DNA of 64,000 nt, taken from Macrostomum hystrix. Taxonomy: Eukaryota; Animalia; Platyhelminthes. The notes beneath the pieces were generated by a model. It was given only the letters and a program-made list of their open reading frames with translations. It made no database searches and was not told the DNA's origin. Of this stretch, positions 24,716 through 36,871 are shown in pieces. Position 1 is the stretch's first letter. Every line of letters starts with the position of its first letter. The translations under genes were made by a program, and so were the position numbers. The stretch spans positions 8,618,001-8,682,000 of the forward strand of contig CATNEN010000029.1 in NCBI GenBank assembly GCA_950097015.1, read 5' to 3'.

Positions 24716-25939
24716 AATTATATTTTTATTGTTAATATCAAAGATAAGGAAGCTGGATTCATTTTTTTTTCGCGGACGAAAATACATTAGGAATAATGTC
24801 AAGCGAAACGTTTCTCCAATGTTAGCCAAATTCATAAGAACCTGCTCTCTTGACTGCTGTGCATTAAGCGCATTAATCTAATACTGGGGGAAATGTATCA
24901 AATTCACATTTGCCAGCATAGGTCTTAGCGAAAATTCTGGAACCTGTGAATTTCTACTCACACGCCTCAGTACTTGCGCTTGTCTCTTCCAGAAGTTTCC
25001 ATCACGCGTACTTTGCTTGCCCCGAATCAAGGCTTGCTCGGTATGATAGTAAAAGTGCACACACACGCACGGACGGTCGCTTCTCATTGTGACACAGTTA
25101 CACTCAACATTCAAGAAGAGTTATTTTAAAGTAAAATGTAAAAAAGCATAATAAATAAAAACGCATAAAAATACCCATAAATAGTGTTTCGGCAAGCGCA
25201 ATTTTTGTAGGCTCTACCTGCTTAGAAGCTGTCAGACCTTATCGAGCATTGTTTATATTCGAAGATGCAATAAATCAAAAATGGACAGGAAATGTCACAG
25301 AGTAGAGGGAAAAAACAGGAAGAAAGCTGTCCAGTGGACAGATCTAGCAAAGCTACAGGACATTTTAGTCGACAGAACTAAATGAAACTAAAAACACTTT
25401 ACTTACTACTTAATAGTAGATCTACTTAAGGTAAATCTCCCTCGGGGGATAATTTTTCCTGCGGATAAATTTTCGAACAGTATTAAGTCCTAGATATTTG
25501 AATTAGTAAATTACAAAACTATTGACGCACGTCACACACAGAATCAAGCAATTGTATTGGCACGAGAGGGTAGTTGCAGTTGCTGCAGCCTTGCAGTAAC
25601 TCAAAACCGCTTAAAAGCAACCGATGCAAAATAGGAAACAGACACAAAAACACACTCGTATCGTTACTACGTTAGTACTAGTAATAATTTTTTGTTCAGT
25701 GCAACACTTCTTAAATAAACATAGTGTCTACCTGGAATGGAAAGAAAAAAATTCAGGCCAACAAGTTAAAAACAGTAAAAAGATATAAAAATGAAGCCAA
25801 TTAACTAACAGGATGTGCAATCTGGAGAAGGATGTGTGAACATGGGATTGCAAAGATAATGGGGAAAACGGAAAATGACAGTGTGAATGAAAAAACAAGA
25901 TGGTAATAGGGAAATTAGGAAAATAGTGGGAAATAATAA

Positions 25940-26712
25940 TGTATGGGATGGGGAAATCACGCATGGGATGGGGAAATCACGCATGGGATGGGTAAATCAT
26001 GAATAGAATGGGTAAATCATGAATAGAATGGGTAAATCATGAATAGAATGGGTAAATCATGAATAGAATGGGTAAATCATGAATAGGATGGGTAAATCAT
26101 GAATAGGATGGGGAAATCATGAATAGGATGGGGAAATCATGCATGGGATGGGGAAATCATGCATGGGATGGGGAATCATGCATGGGATGGGGAAATCATG
26201 TATGGGATGGGGAAATCATGTATGGGAAGGGGAAATCATGCATGGGATGGGGAAATCATGTATGGGAAGGGGAAATCATGCATGGGATGGGGAAATCATG
26301 CATGGGATGGGGAAATCATGCATGGGATGGGGAAATCATGCATGGGATGGGGAAATCACGCATGGGATGTGGAAATCATGCATGGGATGGGGAAATCATG
26401 TATGGGAAGGGGAAATCATGCATGGGATGGGGAAATCATGTATGGGATGGGGAAATCATGCATGGGATGGGGAAATCATGTATGGGAAGGGGAAATCATG
26501 CATGGGATGGGGAAATCATGCATGGGATGGGGAAATCATGTATGGGATGGGGAAATCATGCATGGGATGGGGAAATCATGTATGGGATGGGGAAATCATG
26601 CATGGGATGGGGAAATCACGCCTGGGATGGGGAAATCATGCATGGGATGGGGAAATCACGCCTGGGATGGGGAAATCCGGTATGGGAACAAAATATTTGG
26701 CATGGGATGGAA
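25940..26712. repeat. 20-bp minisatellite, about 38 copies
   Basis: Unit GGGATGGGGAAATCATG(C/T)AT; stop-free in all three + frames, giving the three spurious ORFs. Confidence 0.95.
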
Positions 26713-27344
26713 AAAATCAGGTATCATCAAATATCTAATAGCCAAATAGGAAATTCTGAATGACTGGAATATGATATTATTAACTTATGCCCACAATGCG
26801 GAACAGTTGAATCACAAATTAAAACCTGTATTTGAGAGCCTGTTCTTAGCCGGTGACATCAAATCAAATGGAAAGGGATCAGCATAGGAGACAGTTTTAC
26901 GATTGGCAACTAGCGGGCATCAGCACTAGAGCCTGTGAGCCAATATTTGATCGCAATTCAAACTCAAAATTCCTTAAAAATTATGCATTGCACGGGAAAA
27001 ATCGGCAATTTAACCACTGATGTAGCTCCTAATTAATTCAATATTTCAAACATCCTTAGAGTACACACAGCAACTAGATTAATTAAGTAACGTGGCGATC
27101 TTGAATGCAGCCGGGAAAAGAACGGAAAAATTTAACAGCTAAATAGACGATTGGGAAAAAAGCTGAACAGCCACGCTTCAAAAATTAAGTCTGCTTTGCA
27201 TTCAAAGATGAAAGTTAGCAAGAAAGCTAAAATGTCCCGAAAGCAACAAACTAGGGAATGAAGAGGCCACACATAAAGGAAATATAATTAATTATTGGTC
27301 ACTTATGAATTATTGGACAATTCTGTATCTTGTGTACTTTTGAC

Positions 27345-28150
27345 GGCTACTTTGAGTCACTGTGCTCATTTTTACGATGGCCACTTTGAGTCACTGTGCT
27401 CATTTTTACGATGGCCACTTTGAGTCACTGTGCTCATTTTTACGATGGCCACTTTGAGTCACTGTGCTCATTTTTACGATGGCCACTTTGAGTCACTGTG
27501 CTCATTTTTACGATGGCCACTTTGAGTCACTGTGCTCATTTTTACGATGGCCACTCTGAGTCACTGTGCTCATTTTTACGATGGCCACTTTGAGTCACTG
27601 TGCTCATTTTTACGATGGCCACTTTGAGTCACTGTGCTCATTTTTACGATGGCCACTTTGAGTCACTGTGCTCATTTTTACGATGGCCACTTTGAGTCAC
27701 TGTGCTCATTTTTACGATGGCCACTTTGAGTCACTGTGCTCATTTTTACGATGGCCACTTTGAGTCACTGTGCTCATTTTTACGATGGCCACTTTGAGTC
27801 ACTGTGCTCATTTTTACGATGGCCACTTTGAGTCACTGTGCTCATTTTTACGATGGCCACTTTGAGTCACTGTGCTCATTTTTACGATGGCCACTTTGAG
27901 TCACTGTGCTCATTTTTACGATGGCCACTTTGAGTCACTGTGCTCATTTTTACGATGGCCACTTTGAGTCACTGTGCTCATTTTTACGATGGCCACTTTG
28001 AGTCACTGTGCTCATTTTTACGATGGCCACTTTGAGTCACTGTGCTCATTTTTATGATGACTATTTTGAGTCAGTATGCTTTTTTATGATGGGCGTTTTG
28101 AGTCACTGTGCTTTTTTGGATGACTATTTTGAGTGACTTAGCTCATTTAG
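27345..28150. repeat. 34-bp minisatellite, about 21 copies plus a degenerate tail
   Basis: Unit TTGAGTCACTGTGCTCATTTTTACGATGGCCACT. Confidence 0.95.
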
Positions 28151-28327
28151 ATAATAATGGCATTTTGAGACCCTGCGCCTCATCTCAACGTCGGCACTGA
28201 CAGAACACTCGAGGCAAATAAAAAAAATTTCATCCAAAAGAGGCAGCAGAACAGTGAAAACTTACAGAAACACTTTTAAAGCACACAGTTAAACAATTAA
28301 GTAGGACTTTAACTCATGTAGCTGATT

Positions 28328-31300
28328 CTAAGAACCCTTTGATCGTTTAGTGTTAGGCCAGGGGCCTCTAACGCAGGTATCTTTGCGCCACCACTGTTCA
28401 ATATCGCCATAGTTATAACTAGTTAGATCAGCCTCGTGCGCCATCATGCATAGCCGGCACCAGAAGAACGCATTGGTGTCAACCAGACCCGTGCCCTTCC
28501 ACTGGAAGTAGGCATTGTAGCGCCTATCGTCCTTATCTAATTCGTTCAGATACTCGGCCAGATGCTTGGGACTAGTGAAATTGTCCACATGTAGAAAACT
28601 GTCTAATGGCGCCACGTCTATGTAGTCCTGCATGCGGGCGCCCATCACAATGGGCAGGATGTCATGGCTAAGGCGATGTAGGGTGGGTTGTACAGATTTA
28701 GAAATAGAAGCCACGTCCTTCAGTAGGCTTTCTAAAACATCCTTGAACTAATTGTTATCAGATAAACCAGCCACAACTGACCTTAAACCATTGAGAAAGA
28801 ATTTCTCTGTGATGTAGTTCCAACAGTTGGAGTTCTCAAACGCCAGATAGAATTTGTACTCTTTCTCTAGCAGGCGGAAGCACTCGCCAGATTTTGATCT
28901 GGAGCACTGGTGCGTTCCGCAGCCGCCGTAGATGTCAACCTGATTGGTTGATAAATCACTGCGATATGCACTGCTTTGACTATAATCGATAACAGGCTGG
29001 GTGAGTAGATGAGGTGCTGGGTGAGTTGATGAGGTGCTGGATAACAGGCTGGGTGAGTTGATGAGGTGCTGGGTGAGTTGATGAGGTGCTGGGTGAGTTG
29101 ATGAGGTGCTGGATAACAGGCTGGGTGAGTTGATGAGGTGCTGGGTGAGTTGATGAGGTGCTGGATAACAGGCTGGGTGAGTTGATGAGGTGCTGGATAA
29201 CAGGCTGGGTGAGTTGATGAGGTGCTGGATAACAGGCTGGGTGAGTTGATGAGGTGCTGGATAACAGGTTAGGTGAGTTGATGAGGTGCTGGATAACAGG
29301 CTGGGTGAGTTGATGAGGTGCTGGATAACAGGTTGGGTGAGTTGATGAGGTGCTGGATAACAGGTTAGGTGAGTTGATGAGGTGCTGGATAACAGGCTGG
29401 GTGAGTTGATGAGGTGCTGGATAACAGGTTGGGTGAGTTGATGAGGTGCTGGATAACAGATTGTGTGAGTTGATGAGGTGCTGGATAACAGGTTGGGCGA
29501 GTTGATGAGGTGCTGGATAACAGGCTGGGTGAGTTGATGAGGTGCTGGATAACAGGTTGGGTGAGTTGATGAGGGGCTGGATAACAGGTTGGGTGAGTTG
29601 ATGAGGTGCTGGATAACAGGTTGGGTGAGTTGATGAGGTGCTGGATAACAGGCTGGGTGAGTTGATGAGGTGCTGGATAACAGGCTGGGTGAGTTGATGA
29701 GGTGCTGGATAACAGGTTGGGTGAATTGATGAGGTGCTGGATAACAGGTTGGGTGAGTTGATGAGGGGCTGGATAACAGGTTGGGTGAGTTGATGAGGTG
29801 CGAAATGACAGGTTGGTGAGATGAGTCCATACCTGGATGTGAGCTCCCAGCTCCCTGGCGTACTCAAGTCGGTTATTCTGCGCACCGCAATTGGACACAA
29901 ACCAGGCTACTTTCTTAGTCTTACCATCCGCATAGTTCTTAGCCTGCTTCTTGGTTAGAACATTGTGTGTGTAGGGCGTGAACTTATAATAAGGCGCCAC
30001 AATGACGGAGTCGGTGCGATAAGTGGCAGTCCAATTCACTTTGCCGGCAAAGGCTGACAAAGACGGAGTGTGATAGGGCGACTCGAGAAAATACACGGCC
30101 CAAATCTGCTTCGGGGGCCGCTTGTGAAACGGAAAGAACACGGAGTGCTGCCACATGATGACGTCAGCAGTTGGTGCCTGGCTTCTATCGCCAGTCATGA
30201 TGCAGTTGCTAACCGGACAATTATCGCGTTGGAATCTCTCCCTGCCGAAGCCCTCTCCGCCGAGGCCATTGTAGAGTAGGATCACTTTAGTACTGGACTT
30301 TCCTGTGGCCGCGTTCACCGGCACGTAGCGCATCTGGTTCCAGATTCGATCCCTGGCTCGCACCGGGTAGCTGGAGGGCACCTCGTTGGGGTAGATGGCC
30401 AGCATTGTGGTTTCGTTGAACCCGGGAAACACAAAGGTGCCCTGGACGCGGAACAGGTTGTCTAGCAGGCGACCGCCGCCGCGCACTGTCGAATAGGCCA
30501 GCGATGGCGACGATCGCGACGATGACGTTTCGACTTTGCCGGCTCCGGTGGGACCAGCAGAAGGCGCGGCTGCGTGGACAGTTTCAGCGGGGTGAATTAT
30601 TAGCGGCATTTGATTAGGGCTTTCAGTGGATGGTGGCATTGAAGGCAGTGGATGGTGGCATTGAAGGCAGTGGATGGTGGCATTGAAGGCAGTGGATGGT
30701 GGCATTGAAGGCAGTGGATGGTGGCATTGAAGGCAGTGGATGGTGGCATTGAAGGCAGTGGATGGTGGCATTGAAGGCAGTGGATGGTGGCATTGAAGGC
30801 AGTGGATGGTGGCATTGAAGGCAGTGGATGATGGCATTGAAGGCAGTGGATGGTGGCATTGAAGGCAGTGGATGGTGGCATTGAAAGCAGTGGATGGTGG
30901 CATTGAAGGCAGTGGATGGTGGCATTGAAGGCAGTGGATGGTGGCATTGAAGGCAGTGGATGGTGGCATTGAAGGCAGTGGATGGTGGCATTGAAGGCAG
31001 TGGATGGTGGCATTGAAGGCAGTGGATGGTGGCATTGAAGGCAGTGGATGGTGGCATTGAAAGCAGTGGATGGTGGCATTGAAAGCAGTGGATGGTGGCA
31101 TTGAAGGCAGTGGATGGTGGCATTGAAGGCAGTGGATGGTGGCATTGAAGGCAGTGGATGGTGGCATTGAAGGCAGTGGATGGTGGCATTGAAGGCAGTG
31201 GATGGTGGCATTGAAGGCAGTGGATGGTGGCATTGAAGGCAGTGGATGGTGGCATTGAAGGCAGTGGATGGTGGCATTGAAGGCAGTGGATGGTGGCATT

Positions 31301-31730
31301 GAAGGCAGTGGATGGTGGCATTGAAGGCAGTGGATGGTGGCATTGAAGGCAGTGGATGGTGGCATTGAAGGCAGTGGATGGTGGCATTGAAGGCAGTGGA
31401 TGGTGGCATTGAAGGCAGTGGATGGTGGCATTGAAGGCAGTGGATGGTAGCATTAAAGGGATTCAAGGGAGTGTATGGTGGGAGTGAAGGGAGTGAAGGT
31501 CAGGATTTTGAGGAGTGAGTCGGATGGCAGATGTCTAGCCGGACAATCACTGACTCACTGGCCCTCTCGCGCTTCCCCAATGATTCCAAGTCTAGCTCGC
31601 CGGCCTGCACACGTCGCGGATCAGAGGCCGGCCGTTGCGTAACAAACATCAGGTGGTGCAGGTTGAGCACCACGGCAAAGGTGATGGCCACAAACAAAAA
31701 GCGGGCATAACTGTCTGCCTGTCTGGTCAT
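28328..31730 (-). CDS. FucTA: Glycoprotein 3-alpha-L-fucosyltransferase A-like (GT10), 468 aa; complement(join(28328..28667,28782..28939,29833..30569,31559..31730))
   Basis: Type II TM anchor (RFLFVAITFAVVLNL), then RDRIWNQMRYVP, NWTATYRTDS, KKVAWFVSNCG, YKFYLAFENSNCWNYITEKF, LPIVMGAR, YFQWKG and WCRLC. GT-AG introns with consistent phases 1/0/2; total 1407 nt. Confidence 0.93.
28990..29810. repeat. 32-bp minisatellite in FucT intron 2
   Basis: Unit GAGTTGATGAGGTGCTGGATAACAGG(C/T)TGGGT. Confidence 0.95.
30624..31452. repeat. 22-bp minisatellite in FucT intron 1
   Basis: Unit GTGGATGGTGGCATTGAAGGCA, about 37 copies. Confidence 0.95.
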
Positions 31731-31864
31731 GGCAGGAAGTCGGACTCGAACTCTGGCTCGCTATTAATTCAGCTACCACACTGCGGACAGGCACTATCTA
31801 GGCGCCCGACGGCAACGATAAGCGAGGCTGCAATAAGGATAAAGTCAATTCATCTCATACGCTC

Positions 31865-32310
31865 ATAGCTTTCTGTGTTCTCTATCCATCTCATAGCTGT
31901 CTGTGATCTCTATCCATCTCATAGCTGTCTGTGACCTCTATCCATCTCATAGCTGTCTGTGTTCTCTATCCATCTCATAGCTGTCTGTGATCTCTATCCA
32001 TCTCATAGCTGTCTGTGATCTCTATCCATCTCATAGCTGTCTGTGATCTCTATCCATATCATAGCTGTCTGTGATCTATATCCATCTCATAGCTGTCTGT
32101 GATCTCTATCCATCTCATAGCTGTCTGTGATCTCTATCCATCTCATAGCTGTCTGTGATCTCTATCCATCTCATAGCTGTCTGTGATCTCTATCCATCTC
32201 ATAGCTGTCTGTGATCTCTATCCATCTCATAGCTGTCTGTGATCTCTATCCATCTCATAGCTGTCTGTGATCTCTATCCATCTCATAGCTGTCTGTGATC
32301 TATATGATTC
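31865..32310. repeat. 28-bp minisatellite upstream of the FucT splice acceptor
   Basis: Unit CTCTATCCATCTCATAGCTGTCTGTGAT, about 15 copies. Confidence 0.93.
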
Positions 32311-33101
32311 TCTATTCATCTCACAGTGTTCAAAATGTTAAGAAATCCTTCTTTGTTCCCTAATTATTACAGTTCTAAATAAACTTTTACAGCAAATTTA
32401 GTTCCAAATGATGATGAAATAACAAAAAGCTGCAAAAAGTTAACAGTCGAGGCGGTAGAAAAAAAGAGATATAATTTTAGCAAGACAGACCTACCAGATA
32501 GATTCAAAAAGATTTCAAATACAAGTCCTAATAAACAAGACGGAATGTGAAACACCACGGTTATATATATACGTGTGGTAGTACCAGCCACTTTTGCATG
32601 CAGACACTTACAATGCACAGACTGCATAAAATGTAGCGAAACGTAGGAAAAAACATAAGCATGGGCCTGGACGGACAAAGCGAAAACGTAAGTGAAAAAG
32701 TTTAAACTTGTTTTATTATAAAAAGAACAGAAATTTTGTAGCAGATTCACCAATATAGAGTCACCAAGCTGGTTATTAACAGTAGAAATACCACGGGGTA
32801 TTTCAAATAACCACATTTTCATTTCTGTATCTATTAAAATATCGGAAAATGTAGATCTGTATGGTATACATTCAGGAAAATCAGTCATTCGGTTAGGGAG
32901 CTGTCGTGAAGTAGGCAGTGGGTATTTGAACTACCCCATGCGGTCTTTCCATAGAGGGAAAATAGCTTGGTCTTTTCTACTGTTAAATGTTACTCGAGGA
33001 ATGAATAAATTTCTGAATTGAATTAAAACATCATTTAAATTATCGATAGAAACGGTTGCTGTTACTTAAAGTAGTAAACTCGTAGAATGAAAATTGAGAC
33101 C

Positions 33102-36100
33102 CTACTGCGAGTTCATCTGCATGTCAACAATGCCGCCTAGAATGTCCAGTTGCCGATCGGCCACAGCCGAGTCCGAGCTAACGTAGAAATCCTCATTGCC
33201 CTGTGTTAGCGACTGAAGCGACGGCACCACCTGCGGCCCGTTGAACTCCAGACAGATCACTGGGCCTTGAAGCCGATTGGTTGAGGCGAGATTTGATTGG
33301 TTGACGGGGGATTCCAATTGGTTGAAGGGAGTTTAAGACAGGTCTATGGGGATTCTAATTGGTTGATGGGAGATTCTGATTGGTTGATGGGAGATCCTGA
33401 TATTTTGATGGGAGATTCTGATTGGTTTTTTGGGAGATTCTGATTGGTTGATGGGAGATTCTGATATTTTGATGGGAGATTCTGATTGGTTGATGAGAGA
33501 GTCTAATTTGTTCAGGGAAGATTCCAATTGGTTTAGGTGAGATTCTGACTGGTTGATGGGAGATTCTGATTGGTTGAAGGGAGATTCTGATTGGTTGATG
33601 GGAGAGTCTAATTTGTTCAGGGAAGATTCTGAATTAGTTTAGGTGAGATTCCGATTGGTTGAGGACAGCTTAACATTTATTAAGGGAGATACATAATGAT
33701 TGAGAAGGAACTCTCGCCTACAATGGCCAGTATGCAAACTAACTCACCCCTGCTCAGCTGAGCATCGTAATGCGTTGTCTGGAGCATGCGCCGACCATTT
33801 TCAACTGTGAGCCTGAGCTGCCAGGTGCGCACAAGCCGCAATCCGGGCCTATCGGCGGCCTTAGCAATCAGAGCCATAGCCGTGTCGCAGCCTGAGAACA
33901 CCAGGGCCAGGCATTTCTCATCGGTAAGGCCAGCCGACCTGGCCCCGAATGTCTGCGGCACCACGCTGTCCCTGGACAGTGTGCTCACCTTTGAACTGAT
34001 GAAGCTGTGCAGCTGGTGGCCCTGGGGCACGTCTAGGCTGAAAAAGTCGCTGATTGGCGCGCCCTGGGGTTTTTAGGGAAAATAAGGCGAGGGAATACGG
34101 TTGCAAACTAGTGGATCAGGAAGGGGTAATAGGCTATGCAAGCTACAGCATAGGAAGGGGTAATTGGCTATGCAAGCTACAGCATAGGAAGGGGTAATTG
34201 GCTATGCAAGCAACAGCATAGGAATGGGTAATTGGCTATGCAAGCTACAGCATAGGAATTGGTAATTGGCTATGCATGCTACAGCATAGGAAAGGGTAAT
34301 TGGCTATGCAAGCTACAGCATAGGAAGGGGGTAATTGGCTATGCAAGCTACAGCATAGGAAGGGGTAATTGGCTATGCAAGCTACATCATAGGAAAGGGT
34401 AATTGGCTATGCAAGCTACAGCATAGGAAGGGGTAATTGGCTATGCAAGCTACAGCATAGGAAGGGGTAATTGGCTATGCTATCTACAGCATAGGAAGGG
34501 GTAATTGGCTATGCTATCTACAGCATAGGAAAGGGTAATTGGCTATGCAAGCTACAGCATAGGAAGGGGTAATTGGCTATGCTATCTACAGCATAGGAAA
34601 GGGTAATTGGCTATGCTATCTACAGCATAGGAAGGGGTAATAGGCTATGAAAGCTACAGCATAGGAAAGGGTAATTGGCTATGCAAGCAACAGCATAGGA
34701 AGGGGTAATAGGCTATGAAAGCTACAGCATAGGAAAGGGTAATTGGCTATGCAAGCTACAGCATAGGAAGGGGTAATAGGCTATGCAAGCTACAGCATAG
34801 GAAAGGGTAATTGGCTATGCAAGCAACAGCATAGGAAGGGGTAATAGGCTATGCTATCTACAGCATAGGAAGGAACAGTATTAGTTTATTAAACTCGAAA
34901 CGTCTATAGGATCGAGCAGCAAAATGGTGAGAATCTAAAGCAACGGAATAATTTCTGGGCCTCAGGTAAATGTAGGTCAGTTACTCACATCCGGTACCAG
35001 GGTAAAGTTGCTTTCACCAGTGACTGGCGTAAAGTCGTGAATCTCGCTCCAGTGACAGTTGAAGGGGCTGAGACTGCTGCTCTCAAATTGGCCTATTCGA
35101 AGTCGAAAGAGTAATCAATATTCAGCTTTAATAACAGGTTACAATAATTTGGAAACTAGAAGGCAGATCTCACCTAGCAACTCTGGATAATAGAAGCAGA
35201 ATGGTCCAAAGCGCATCTTGCTAGAGGCTTCAATGATTGGAAGGGACACGCAGGACAGAAAGCAGTCAAGGCGCTGGCAATCTCTGGTGCGAAACTGCTG
35301 ACAGGCTACGATGAATTTGCAGTCTTTGCAGTCGCGAATAAATATGCTTTTAATTAAGAGAGGGATAATTAATTGTTGTTCATCAATCTGATGATTTCGA
35401 AGGTGCCATTTAGGAATTCGAGGGTATTATTTTCTCACCTGGTCTGAACGGGACCAATAAAGAACACGCAGGACTCACAATCGTCCACAGTGATGGTATT
35501 AATGTGGTCAAATAAATAGATAGACGAATTCTTGCAGTTGGCAATGATGAACTGTTGGCCATTGATTGTACCTGGTAGTCGGCCAGCCACTTCGCCATCA
35601 ATATTCTCAATGGTGAAGTCTTTTGGATCAACCTGAGGTCCCTGCTCCCTAAAGTTGGACAAAAGTGCAAAAACATTGGTAAGCCATTTTGATATTTACA
35701 AATATAATTTTTTTAGCCTTTATATAAATGATAAACTCTGGCTTTTAGGAAAAATATAACTGTAGATATACGCTCGTATCAACCTTACAAGTTAGTAAAG
35801 GTAGAATTTTTTTCATTTTTCAAAATTTGCATAATTAGATATACCTAGAGCAAAATTTATTTTTTTATCTGCCACTAATGTTATAGAATAGGCAATAAAA
35901 AACTTGAAAAATGCTATACAAGTCAGTTATGCACCAACTATCATTGATGTCTGCCATATATATTTTTGTAATGTATATGTGACATAGCTAGGCCTAGCAA
36001 AAATATTCTATAGACTTATAGCTAATGCATTTACATATCTATTATAGATAGATAGATAAACTCTGATGTTAAAGTTACCTTGTTTGCCTATTGCACATTT

Positions 36101-36119
36101 TCATTAACACAAAGCCCAT
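33102..36119 (-). CDS. RP2: Protein XRP2 (RP2; TBCC domain plus NDK-like domain), 335 aa; complement(join(33102..33265,33748..34063,34989..35092,35174..35346,35439..35648,36079..36119))
   Basis: VDPKDF..GRLPGTINGQQFII..CK..IYLFDH..ITVDDC; IFIRDCKDC..ACQQFRTRDC; IHDFTPVTGE; DEKCLALVF; GPVICLEFNG. Phases 2/2/1/0/1 close to 1008 nt. The first exon (MGFVLMKMCNRQT) is inferred from phase fit and is less certain. Confidence 0.9.
33280..33665. repeat. Degenerate ~21-bp repeat in the last RP2 intron
   Basis: GATTGGTTGATGGGAGATTCT units. Confidence 0.85.
34115..34872. repeat. 34-bp minisatellite in an RP2 intron
   Basis: Unit AGCATAGGAAGGGGTAATTGGCTATGCAAGCTAC, about 22 copies. Confidence 0.95.
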
Positions 36120-36871
36120 TTTTCCTACAATTCTCTATATAAAAAGCTATTTTGAATATAAAGCTAGCTAGCTACAATTCAAAATAGGATTAGCTAGAAT
36201 CTATACAACACAAATAGTCAAAGTAATTATTTGTGCTGAATCATATCTGTAAAATGTGTTTTGGTGACCATTTGTTTGTATCATAAGTTCTGGTAAAAAA
36301 AGAGAATTTCACAGACAGCTCAATGAAGAGACAGAAAACATAAAAAATACTATGTATGAAATGTTTGATATGCTTATACTTGATTTTTTACTTTGTATAA
36401 TTATTGTATTCACATTCTTGTTCATTTTTGTTTGCATAACACAATATACTAAAAACTTTCACATTTTAGGGGATTTGACAGAAATCACAAAGCCCAAAAA
36501 GTGTTACTATAGTACACACTTTCCTATTATATAAATAGATATAAGCAAAAAATTAAAGCGCTTATACAGATGAAACAAATGACATTGAATGGCATTTTTA
36601 GGCACAACAATATTTTGAAATAAATATTTGATACAATTCTATTATCAGCTGGCACTTGAAATAGGTGCTATGCATTTCAGTACCAGGCATTTTGGTGCCA
36701 ATAAGTCCTTTGGTAGAGCTCTTGTGGTGGGGAATACTTTTTGGTACCATGTAGTCAATATGAAAATATGAACTGAAGTGCCAGCTTCAAATTTTATTGC
36801 CTGCCAACATTTGAATATAGGCCTAGCTGCATTGTCATTTGACCTTAGCACTACAACAACCTGCAGTAGAG

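Noticed and set aside
26119-26763. Three overlapping Gly/Met/Trp-rich ORFs
   Set aside because: Products of a 20-bp unit with no stop codon.
29365-31431. 688-aa ORF suggesting a repeat-extended fucosyltransferase
   Set aside because: A good acceptor (30570) and donor (29832) bound the real exon with matching phases; both repeat flanks are intronic.
32367-32888. 173-aa minus-strand ORF between RP2 and FucT
   Set aside because: AT-rich, no recognisable motif and no splice context; more likely 3' UTR or intergenic sequence.
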